In this document: positions 1 through 14,980 of the stretch, in pieces | Layout of the letters: each line of letters opens with the position of its first letter | How positions within the stretch are numbered: the stretch's first letter is position 1 | Source of the DNA: the human T2T-CHM13v2.0 reference genome, Homo sapiens | Assembly: GCF_009914755.1 (NCBI RefSeq) | Contig: NC_060930.1 | Length of the DNA: 64,000 bases | Direction: 5' to 3' (one strand) | The notes under the pieces: generated by a model | What the model was told of the DNA's origin: nothing | Databases searched by the model: none | The model's input: the letters and a program-made list of their open reading frames with translations, nothing else | Translations under genes and position numbers: made by a program

Positions 1-2712
<2,712 letters not shown>

Positions 2713-2808
2713 TTATATTGTTATGTGTGAATTTGATCCTGTCATTATGATGTCAGCTGGTTAGTTTGCTCGTTAGGTGATGCAGGTTCCTTCTAGCCTC
2801 GATGGTCT

Positions 2809-3830
2809 TTACAATTTGGCATGTTTTTGCAGTGGCTGGTACTGGTTGTTTCTTTCCATGTTTAGTGCTTCCTTCAGGAACTCTTGTAGGGCAGGCCTGG
2901 TGGTGACAAAATCTCTCAGCATTTGCTTGTCTGTAAAGTATTTTATTTCTCCTTCAGTTATGAAGTTTAGTTTGACTGGATATGAAATTCTGGGTTGAAA
3001 ATTCTTTTCTTGAAGAATGTTGAATATTGGCCCCCACTCTCTTCTGGCTTGTAGAGTTTCTGCCAAGAGATCCACTGTTAGTCTGATGGGCTTCCCTTTG
3101 TGGGTAACCTGACCTTTCTCTCTGGCTGCCCTTAACATTTTTTCCTTCATTTCAACTTTGGTGAATCTGACAATTATGTGTCTTGGGGTTGCTCTTCTCG
3201 AGGAGTATCTTTGTGGCGTTCTCTTTATTTCCTGAATTTGGATATTGGCCTGCCTTGCTAGATTGGGGAAGTTTCTCCTGGGTAATATCCTGCAGAGTGT
3301 TTTCCAACTTGGTTCCATTCTCCCCGTCACTTTCAGGTACACCAATCAGACGTAGATTTGGTCTTTTCACATAGTCCCATATTTCTTGGAGGCTTTGTTC
3401 ATTTCTTTTTATTCTTTTTTCTCTAAACTTCTCTTCTCGCTTCATTTCATTCATTTGATCTTCCATCACTGATACCCTCTCTTCCAGTTGATTGAATTGG
3501 CTACTGAAGCTTGTGCATTCGTTATGTAGTTCTCATGCCTTGGTTTTCAGCTCCATCAGGTCCTTTAAGGACTTCTCTGCATTGGTTCTTCTAGTTAGCC
3601 ATTCATCTAATCTTTTTTTCAAGGTTTTTAACTTCTTTGCCATAGGTTCGAACTTCATCCTTTAGCTCAGAGAAATTTGATCATCTGAAGCCTTCTTCTC
3701 TCAACTTGTTAAAGTCATTCTCCATCCAGCTTTGTTCCATTGCTGGTGAATGCAGCTGCATTCCTTTGGAGGAAGAGAGGCTCTCTGATTTTTAGAATTT
3801 TCGGTTTTTCTGCTCTGCTTTTTCCCCATC
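2809..3830 (-). pseudogene. Disrupted L1 ORF1
   Basis: EQSLQEIWDYVKRPNLRLIGVPE and RRATPRHIIVRF...QKHAKL in different frames; start ATG near 3828-3830. Confidence 0.92.
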
Positions 3831-4843
3831 TTTGTGGTTTTATCTACCTTTGGTCTTTGATGATGGTGACGTACAGATGGGGTTTTGGCATGGTTGTCCT
3901 TTCTGTTTGTTAGTTTTCCTTCTAACAGTCAGGACCCTCAGCTGCAGGTCTGTTGGAGTTTGCCAGAGGTCCACTCCAGACCCTCTTTGCCTGGGTATCA
4001 GCAGTGGAGCTGCAAAACAGTGAATATTGGTGAATAGCAAATGTTACTGCCTGATCGTTCCTCTGGAAGTTTTGTCTTAGAGGGGTACCCAGCTGTGTGA
4101 GGTGTCTGTCTGCCCCTACTTGGGGGTGCCTCCCAGTTAGGCTACTCGGGGGTCAGGGACCCACTTGAGGAGGCAGTCTGTCCGTTCTCAGATCTCCAGC
4201 TGTGTGCTGGGAGTACCACTACTGTCTTCCAAGATGTCAGACAGGGACATTTAAGTCTTCTGACGTTTCTGCTGCCTTTTGTTCGGCTATGCCCTGCCCC
4301 CAGAGGTGGAGTCTACAGAGGCAGGCAGGCCTCCTTGAACTGTGGTGGGCTCCACCAAGTTTGAGCTTCCTGGCTGCTTTGTTTACCTGCTCAACCCTCA
4401 GAAATGGCAGGTGCCCCTCCCCCAGCCTTGCTGCTGCCTTGCAGTTTGATCTCAGACTGCTGTGCTTGCAATGAGTGAGGCTCCGTGGGCCTAGGACCCT
4501 CTGAGCCACGCGTGGGATATAATCTCCTGGTGTGCCATTTGCTAAGACCATCAGAAAAGCACAGTATTAGGGTGGGAGTGACCCGATTTTCCAGGTGCAG
4601 TCTGTCACCACTTTTCTTGGCTAGGAATGGGAATTCCCTGACCCCTTGCACTTCCCTGGTGAGGCAATGCCTCGCCCTGCTTCAGCTCATGCTCGGTGCC
4701 CTGCACCTACTCTCCGACAATCCCCAGTGAGATGAATCCAGTACCTCAGTTGGAAATGCAGAAATCAGCTGTCTTCTGTGTTGCTCACGCTGGGAGCTGT
4801 AGATTGGAGCTTTTCCTATTTGGCCGTCTTGAAACCACCCCTC
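3831..4843 (-). promoter_or_regulatory. L1 5'UTR with internal sense promoter and antisense promoter (the antisense promoter would fire on the + strand)
   Basis: Colinear with the L1PA 5'UTR; YY1 core mutated (CAAGACGGCC); ORF0 ATG at 4404 ends at TGA after 24 codons. Confidence 0.85.
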
Positions 4844-6332
4844 TCACAAGCATTTTTAAAAGAGAAAAGTGTACAGCTTTTACATGGCCCAGCAGGAATC
4901 AAAATGAATTCTAGTAAATTTCCACCAGGTGGCACCTGCCTTTTGAACTTTGGAAAGAAATTCTAAATGCTGAGGAAAGCCACTTTTATTTCAGAAATAG
5001 GGTCGGTTCTGGAAAAGAATTCTAGTCAGTGGAATAGCATTTATAGAAAAAAATACCCTTAAACTATTCTAAGATGCTTTCAAAGTAAAATATGTGATTA
5101 AATAATATGTTTAATTTGGGAAAAATTTAGGCTATATAAATAAGGCCAATCCTAGTTTAATCTGAGCTCCCCAGGATGTAAGTTCTACAAAGTTGTAATT
5201 TGTAGTTAATCTTTCCAACCGGCTCTCATTTTGAGTGTCTCTCTAACTTTTAATAAGCACAGCAACTAGCACATACTTAGCAATCAAGTGTCTTCTTGAC
5301 CTGATTTCATTTATAAATCAGTCATCAACTTGCCAGTCAAAAATTCTTAGGCAAACATTTTAACATTTTATCCAAAACCATGGGATTGGTAGTGTGAATC
5401 TTCCAAGTAAAACAAAATAGGTCCAGCTCCGCTGGCCACATACTTCTTGTCTATGCACATGGCTCTTTCCAAATCGTTGGCTAAACTGTCACCCCATCCT
5501 TGCTGCTCTTCTCAGATCTTTTTATGTGGATCAGGACATAATATGCCTTACCAGATGTTACCCTGACACAGTCATGGAAAAACAGCCAGTTTCACAGTCT
5601 TGTATTCACCAAAGATATTAATTTTTACGGAGCAGAATCCAAATTGGGTGATGTCTTTTGTTTTCTTTGGGGTTTTATTCACTGATGATAAACAACCATG
5701 CTGAGAAGTCAGGAACAGATTTTTGTTATTTAGAAAGAACAACAGCAAATGAGAAAGATCCACTCAAAAATATACATTTGAGTCTTCAGGGCAGGGCTTC
5801 CTGGACCTGTTGATGCTAGTATGTGATACACAGCCTGTATCCTGAGATTGGTAAATTCAGTCAAGTTACTAAAGACTGTCAGAGAGGACGGAAGGAGCCC
5901 ATTATAAGACTGACTGACTTAGTTGGAACCTGGAAGGTTTTTTAGAAATGGTTTTCAATAACAATTGTCATATACCTGCTTAAAAATGAGATGTACCCTC
6001 CTTGTCACAATCCCCTACATATTGATGCTGAGTTTGATAGCAGTTATTTTATCATTACTGAGTTTCCTCTAAATCAAGATACTAAGTATTTCTACTTGAG
6101 AGATGGGATGGCAAAAATAGAGAATTTTAAGTTTTAGCAATGGCATTTTCTTCTTCCAGTATAGTTCATACTTTAGACAAATGTCACATTATTTGATTTC
6201 TAAAAGGAAAGTGTCTACTGTAATAGTTGATAGGCTCATAAAAGATGTGTTTTGGATACGGGATCTAACAATTCTATGGGAAATGTTATTTATTTCTGCC
6301 ATGATAAAAGCATCTTAACTGTCTGTCTACAT

Positions 6333-6502
6333 GATTGCCAGATTTAATAAACTGTTGCTCAGTTTGAATTTCAGATGATTATAAATATATTAAATGTCAC
6401 AAGTATTGCAAGAGAAATGCTCTACAAATTATGTTAAAATGATTTGAGGTTTATCTGAAATTCAAATTCTACTGGGTGCCCTGTATTTTGTCTGGCAATT
6501 TA
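6333..6502. mobile_element. MER53 palindromic hAT MITE
   Basis: ttgccagattt...tttgaatttcagat at left and atctgaaattcaaa...ctgtattttgtctggcaa at right form inverted arms. Confidence 0.75.
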
Positions 6503-8879
6503 CCTGGTAGGTGACTCATTTATGTGCCACCCTCCTTCACAGTTGCCACAGCAAGGATGGCAGAAAACCTTCTGCAACAACATGCACCTCAAGACCCTCA
6601 ACTCTTGCCAGCATCCTATTTTCCAAGTAAGGGTTCCCAGTGTTAAGAAAAGGACCACTGCAGCTTGCTGTCATTGGCAAAATTCCATGCTAACTTCAGC
6701 TGGAATTGCAGAGCCAATATAATAGAATTATATCAGAGTGGTACCTGGAATCTCTGAAGAGTCTCCTGAGAAGAGCTACTCCTGCAATAGCTCCCCAAAC
6801 TTCAGTTCACAGGGCTACATTAAATAAACTACCTGAGGAGCTCTCGTTTGTGAGTGGTCAAACTAAATTTCATTTTGGTCTTATCTAGCAGGAAACAGAT
6901 CCAGGAGAAAGTTATCTAGCATGATGATTATAATATTTTACCTTTGCTCCTACCCTCCATGTCCCTATCCTCTGCAAAGGGAATGACTACAGAGAGTATG
7001 AATTTTTCATACTTGTCACAGTTTGTCCAAGAAGAGTTAAGAAACCAACCCTGTACTATTTCTTTTCTTTATTGGTGGAGAACTAGCATGTGCCTTGGGC
7101 ATGCACTCAAAGGCACATCCTGGTTCTCACTTATATTGATCACACATAGGGTAACTTATAACCCTTCTTTGAGAAATATACCAAAATAAACCTTTCTAAG
7201 AAAGAGGAAGAAGGGAAATTTCAGACCTATAAGCCTCTCTTATACTATACTTATACATATTTAACTTTGCTTACATATATACTTTAAAAAATACTTGAGA
7301 TTTAGTTATGCATATATTATTATGTTCAGCATCAATAGGTATAATGGGTACAGCAAAGATAAAAATCAGAACTTTTACATCATCTGAGAATATAGTTTAA
7401 CAGAGGCTGCTGATATATGGCTATGAACCAATTGAGTAACAATGCACTGTAGTATATGAAGAAATGCCATCATTGGTCATAGAAAGAAGGAAGGTACAAT
7501 AGTTCAGTGAAATGGTAAATACGTGTAGTCTTAAATGGATCTTGATGGGTCCATGTAATTAATGAAGGGGTATAGGAAACAACAGAAAGGAAGGCTGAAA
7601 AAGAGCAGGGGCACTCAAGGGTCAATGAGTACTGGGCCTAGATGAAGGAGAAGACTCCTGTGGAGCAAATGTGGGGATACCTTGGCAGAGGGAGAATGAT
7701 GCAATATGATGACAACCTATGGTGTTTGAACTTGGTGTTATAGGCCATGGAAAGTTGCCGGAGATTTTAGAGTCCTCAAGTGACATGATGAAAGGGTTCT
7801 AGCAGCAATACGTAAACTAGATGAGAAGGAAAATAGTGAACTTCGACAGCGCAGGTGTTGGTTGTGCACTTTCACTCAGAGTGAGTCTGAAAGCCAACAA
7901 AAGATTTAATGTAGTGTAAAACACATACACTAATATACATAGAGATGTATATAATATGAGTATAAAGCAAGCTCTGCTCTCTTTTTCCTTCCCAGAGAAC
8001 TTCCCTTCATGATGCTATGCAATCCCCAGGAGAAGCACGTTGAAAGCTGAGTGAGTTTCTTACATTACCTCTGTTCTTTGACGTGACTGCATTGAGGTCA
8101 AGCTGTACGTTGTGTTCATTCTGTTTCTTGGTATTCCATCATTGTTATATTGCAAAGGGAGAGGGGTGGGAAACTATAGCCCTTCTTGTCCAGGAAGAGT
8201 TTTTATTTTTATTTTTTAAGATGTTGCTAGGCTTCATGATTATAAATAAATTAAAACCAGAAACTGTGTTTTCTCTTGGGCACGTACTTAAAAATAGTCT
8301 TTGAAGTGACATGGTTAAGTGTCAAAGGAAATCCCCACTGCAGTCAATTTTAGAATAATTCCTAAGGACCTCAGGAATGTGCAACCCATTGTTGTATGCA
8401 AGTGGAAAATAAGCTGTTTTTAAAAAAAGTATATACATTATAAGGGAAAAGCAAAACTAGCATGATGAGATCACTGATGTTTTCAATATGAAAACAAAGT
8501 ACATTATAAATAACAAATAGATTTTAGCTTCATTCTAACTAATTTTCCCTGTGCTGCAAGAAAAATAAAAGTTCCAGAATCCTGACAGAAAACAGAATGG
8601 GAATAATGATATTCTTAAAAATCCTTGATGTTCCAAAAACAGATTTCCTGTTATTGTGGTACCTATAACTTCTTGTTTTTATTACTGCTTGTAATGTAAT
8701 CTCAATTTTTATTGTTGTCTTAATTCCAAAGTCCTTTGGGCTGTATCTTCACCATGAAGTCAAAAGTAGAGACTGGAAAACTGTATTAAATTCATAGGCT
8801 TGCCTCAAGTATCTGATGGGCATTTGCTAATCAAAATGTCAACCTCCATGTCCTTAGGCAACTCAAATATTAGTTGAGT

Positions 8880-8955
8880 TGGTAATCTTTCAGAAGAGAT
8901 TTAACACATTTAAATGTGTTAAATGGTGATCTTTCAGAAGAGATTTAACACATTT
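8880..8955. repeat. 32-bp direct duplication flanking a perfect 26-bp palindrome
   Basis: tggtRatctttcagaagagatttaacacattt at 8880-8911 and 8924-8955; atttaacacatttaaatgtgttaaat at 8899-8924. Confidence 0.95.
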
Positions 8956-9399
8956 TCTGTCCCCAAACAGCTTTCACTTTTATTCAAACTTAGATTTGGT
9001 GGTGGGGAGGAAGACATTAAAGAATCAGTGAATCAATTATTTTTGCACTTGCCATTCTGAAAAGTGCTATGAGGGAAAATCTAACAGATGGAAATTTGTG
9101 TATATTTGTAGAAGATGAAGAGCAGGAAAGAAAACATTCTAGGCAGACTGCATGTGGCAAGAACTTAAAGCAAGACACTAACACATGAGGAAAGAAACAG
9201 AGACCAATGTTGTGGAGCTCACCAAGTGTGCTGAATTATATATTCTTTCACAATTACTTATTCCTTTTCTGCCCTTGGATGCTTCCCTGCCTAGACTTTG
9301 GGCTTGGCTATATTGCTTTTTGGACATCGAGATATGAATAGACATAATATTTTTCATACATGAGCTAGTACTTTCGATGCAATGGCATGGCTTAACTAG

Positions 9400-9655
9400 G
9401 ATCCTCTTTCCTGTCCTCTGCCTTGATAGAACAGAATGCACTGAATCCGGATGGATCTTTCCACCTTCATCCCCAAATGTGAAGAAAGTGGTGAAAATTG
9501 CATTTCCCTCACAGGCTAGAGAAGAGTCTCAGAGAATAGCTGGCCAGACTTGGCATGTAATGTGAGCAAAAATGACCCCTTGAAATTTTAAGCCATGAGA
9601 TTTGGGGGAGTTGTTTGTTGAGCATTAGTATTAATTTAACAAAAGCTGACAGACA
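9400..9655 (+). mobile_element. Old MaLR (MLT1H/J/K-like) LTR fragment among L2 remnants
   Basis: MLT1-type 3' end ...tgtgagcaaaa...ttttaagccatgagatttggggg.ttgtttgtt...gctgacagaca. Confidence 0.5.
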
Positions 9656-10374
9656 TTGAGGATGGAAAAAAGAAACAAAGAAAAGCAAGAAGATAAAAAA
9701 AAAGGCCAGATCATTCAGGAACCTGTAGGCAATATTAAGGATTTTGTTTAAACATACGAATAATGGGAAGTCATTGAAACCAGGTCTTGACACAATCAGG
9801 ATTTTGTTTAAGAAGAGGAGAAATCACTCTGGCCATACCAAAAACCAAAACAATATAATAACCCCAAATGGGCAAAAATGCAGATGAATGTTCGTAAGTT
9901 ATTGCAGCAAGGAAGGCTATCTAAAATGTATTGAGTACTTGTTGCTAGGCTTTCTTCTAAGGACTTTACACAATGTAATGGCTAATTAAATCATTATAAT
10001 GAGGTAGGCCATTTTATTTTTCCTATTAACTATGAGCAAATTGAGGCACAAGGAAGATGTCTTAGTCCATTCGTGCTTCCATAACAAAATACAATAAGGT
10101 GGGTGGCTTGTAAACAATAGAAATGTATTTGTCACAGATGTGGAGGTTGGGAAGTCCAAGGTCAAGGTGCCAGCAGATTTAATGTCTGGTAAGGGTCTAC
10201 TTTCTGGTACACAGGTAGTGACTTCTGGCAGTGTTCTTATTGGTGGAAGGGCCAAGGCAGACCTCTTGGGCTTTTCTTATAAGGGCAACTAATCCCATTC
10301 AGAAGGGCTCCACTCTCATGATCTCATCTCCTCCCAAAGGCCTCACATGGTAATATCACATTGGTGATTAAGTT

Positions 10375-11289
<915 letters not shown>

Positions 11290-13879
11290 AGTTTCAACAT
11301 ATAAATTTTAGAACACAAAAACATTCAAACTATAGCAGAAGAGAAACAATTTTACCAAGGTTCCACATATATTAAGTGGCAGAGCCAGTAATTCATTTCA
11401 GACAATCTGGCTTCACTGCCTGAGTTCTCAGCCAGAGGGATGCAGAAGACAGAGGATGGTGGTTTGAACTGGGGCTGAAGAAAGGGAGATGGAGAGGCTC
11501 AGAAGAAGTTGAAAGATATTTGCAAAGTAGAAATATCAGGACTTGATTTTTGATAGGCTATGGGACATAAGAGCAGGAGATTTTAAAGATAACTTCCTTA
11601 TATGAGAAATGGGTAATATACTGAGATGGGGATATTGAAGAGGACAGGTTGGGAGGTGAGATTCTGAATTCTGATTGTAAGCTGCTTGAGAGTAGAAGCT
11701 GTGTAATATCAAGTGTTTTGCTTTGTCTGTTGTAGAGACACAGTGACAATATGTAAAATAAATGAGTCATATTATTTACAAAGCCCATTTTAAATAGCAT
11801 GAAACTTTCGTATAACAATTCTTTTTCATGAAGATGAATTTCTCTGAAGTGTTTCTTTTGCTGAAGTTCACAAATTTGAATCAGAACGAACACTCATTTT
11901 TGGCATGGATATATTCTCCATACACACAAGATAAATTCTTGTGTTATAGTTTTGTACTTCACTGCTACTTCATTTTATTAGTGGAAAATGCTCCTTCCTG
12001 AGATGTACCCATATACCATTCTGCAGCTTCATTGTCATGTTAGTGCTAATTTAATGTGATTCAGAGTTTCAACATAGAACAGCATTTATTTTGCTAATGC
12101 AGCAATGAAAGAACAAGCATTTACTACAGGACTGCCCTGTGCCAACACTATGTAAACAGGTTATAACAAGGTTATTTCATTGACTCCAACTATTCTTTTA
12201 CAAATTGTAGGTGTTTTTGCCTTGGCCACAGTTTCCTCCTGTTACATTGTATTTCTGGGCTATTACAGTCATTAGATTGTACTTTTTAAAGGAATATTTT
12301 AGAATAATGAATATTAAGTATGAATAATAAAGGTAAACTTTCTTTAAATTTACTGAAGCTCATCTGGCCAAATTATGCTGCTGTCCCTTAAAGTGGCCAC
12401 TTAAGAAAGTTGGAGTCTTTTAGAATCAATATGACCGAATTACCTCATCCGTTGTAAGGGTCCCAAAGAGACTTGCTGCCCTTATGGTTTAATGAAGCCC
12501 ACTATCCCTTTGTTTACCTCTTCCCCATTCATGGCTGTGCTCACTGCCACCTGATTGTCTTCAGCGGAGACACTTAAGTACAATCTTGAAGCCACATGAT
12601 TGTGAACAGAGACCCATGGGACTGTCAGGCCAGAAGAAAACAGAGACTGGAGTAAGATTTATGTAGGGATGCCAAGGAAGAGCTAGTTATTTGTGTATTA
12701 TCTGTCTGAGATAAATGTGTGTGATCAAGGTGACATATAAAATATTCAGCAACCAGTATGGCATGTCTGTCTATAATCAGAAAATATGCAGCTGCCCATT
12801 AAGACAGAAATAAATCACTAGTCATAATAAATACCAACCACAAATAACTGTTAGGGCCTACAAATGGTTTCTGGTTAAATATCAGTCTTGGGAGCAGTTT
12901 GTCAAGCGGTGTAAGTGTGAGTTGTAAGAAGGCTAGGGCTGCTTATACTATGTAAAATTATGCACTTATTTGTCTCAATTACAGGATATAACTGACTGAA
13001 AAAGGAGTACAATGACATGTTTTAGCAAATAGGTCAACCCTAAGGAAGATATTTGTTTACAAAATTGATAGTTGTATTTCCTAAGACATTATGTATATTA
13101 TCTGGTACTTTATAATTTATGAAGTATGTCTATGTCTGCCATTTCATTGGAAACTTACTGGAGTCTTGAGAGGTGAACAGGATTAGAGAGGTTAAGTAAT
13201 TTTCCCAAGGCCATATGGCTAATAAACAGAATAGTTATGATGAGATGACAGTCCTTTTAGAAAGATGTGAAATTATAAAAATAAATTAATGGTTTTCTTA
13301 CAAAAGTTGAATGGCTTCAGAACAACATAGGGAGGTTCAAAATTACAGTGAAATAAATAGTAACAGATGTTTTTCTTGGGCAATGATAGTGAAATAAGGT
13401 AAATTTTTAAAAATAATTTTGTGTGTAAAACAAATTTGTGTACGTTGAACTATCAGAAAACAAAGGTGTCACTGTATCAGCCACCCATGTGGACAATCTG
13501 TGTTTAGTATCATCATCGTTCCTGACTCTGGATTTATATGCTACTGATAAGTAATCATTGTCTTATACTTATTCACATACAAGCACTTAATAGTGAAAAA
13601 TATGACATACCATTAATTCAGTAAAAAAAAAAATAATGTGTTCAGGGTAACTAAGCAGCACAGTAGCATCACCAGAACACCTGTATCAGCTGCTAAACAA
13701 CAGCAACCACAAACAATGGCAGGCTTTTAGCCTCCACCTGTGAGGAAGTGTTTTGATTAAAAGGTTACTATACATTGTACTTTTTAAATTTTGATACTGT
13801 GTTTGTGCTTATGAAAATTAAAAAATGGCATATATTTGATGGCCTTTCAAGACACTGATCTTGATTCTGTTAAAAATTC

Positions 13880-14980
13880 ATTTTTTCTACTCGTTGTCCA
13901 ACTCCAATAAAATGAACAAGGAGTCCTTGGAGAAATGGCTGAATCTAAAGCTGAGGTCGAAAAAGTACAAGATGAGTCTCACCATCTTGCATTACCAGGA
14001 AATAAATTGTGAAAACAAAACAAACCAGAAACAAAAGGATGCAGCTGTGTTCAAGGAACATGGAAGCCAATTTGAAAGAGCTCCCAATGGCCAAAGCTGA
14101 ACAATTTGAGCAACAAAATGAATAATGTAGTATTGAATTATAGTATAAAATATAAAATAAGTATCTATGGGTCTATAGTGATAAACATGATTTGTTGAAT
14201 AAATATATTGGGGCAAGGAGATAAATATTCCTTACATAAAATTCCTAACAATACATGTATAAAATCCCTTCTCCAGGAGATGAAGTTTTATGACCCCCTA
14301 CAACCTTGCCACCTTTGAGTGTGAGCCAAACACTCACACTCAATTGCTGAATATTTTATATTTTAGTGACTTTCTTCCAAAGAATAGTGTATGGAAAGGG
14401 AAAAATAGTAACTTTACAGTGAAGAACCCTGGTAATCACCACCTTAACAAAATGATCAAAGTTAACATCACCAGTAACAACTAATGTTCATGTCATCTAC
14501 CCGTGATATTACTTATTTAGAAGGGTACTTTATATTCAATGTAATTTTTCCAAAAACCTATAAAATCAGTTTAATCATAATACACTAGACAAACCCAAAT
14601 TGAATGGCATTCTATAAAATACCTAATCAGTACTTCTCAAAACTTCAAGGTCATGAAAACAAAGGGAGATTGAGAAACTGTCAGGAGCTAGAGGAGCTCT
14701 TCAGATGTAAGAAGTAAGCACAATATGGAATCCTGGATTGGGAACTGGAACAGACATTTCCAGAAATGGAAAGACTGGTAAAATAAGAATAGAGTCTGGA
14801 GTTTAGTTAAAAGTAATGTAACAATGTTGTTTTCTTAGTTTTGAAAATATATAATGGTAAAGTCAGACAATAGAGTAGGGGAAACTGAAACCAGGGTATA
14901 TGAGAACTCTGTACTATCTTTGGAACTCTGCTGCAAATCTAAAATTATTCCAAAATAAAAAGTTTATTACAAACAAATTA
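13880..14980 (+). mobile_element. Ancient L1M (L1MC/L1MD-type) 3'UTR fragment
   Basis: ggagtccttggagaaatggctga..., aaggttaacatcaccagtaa, gaactctgtactatcttt...aaatctaaaattattccaaaataaaaagttt. Confidence 0.75.
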
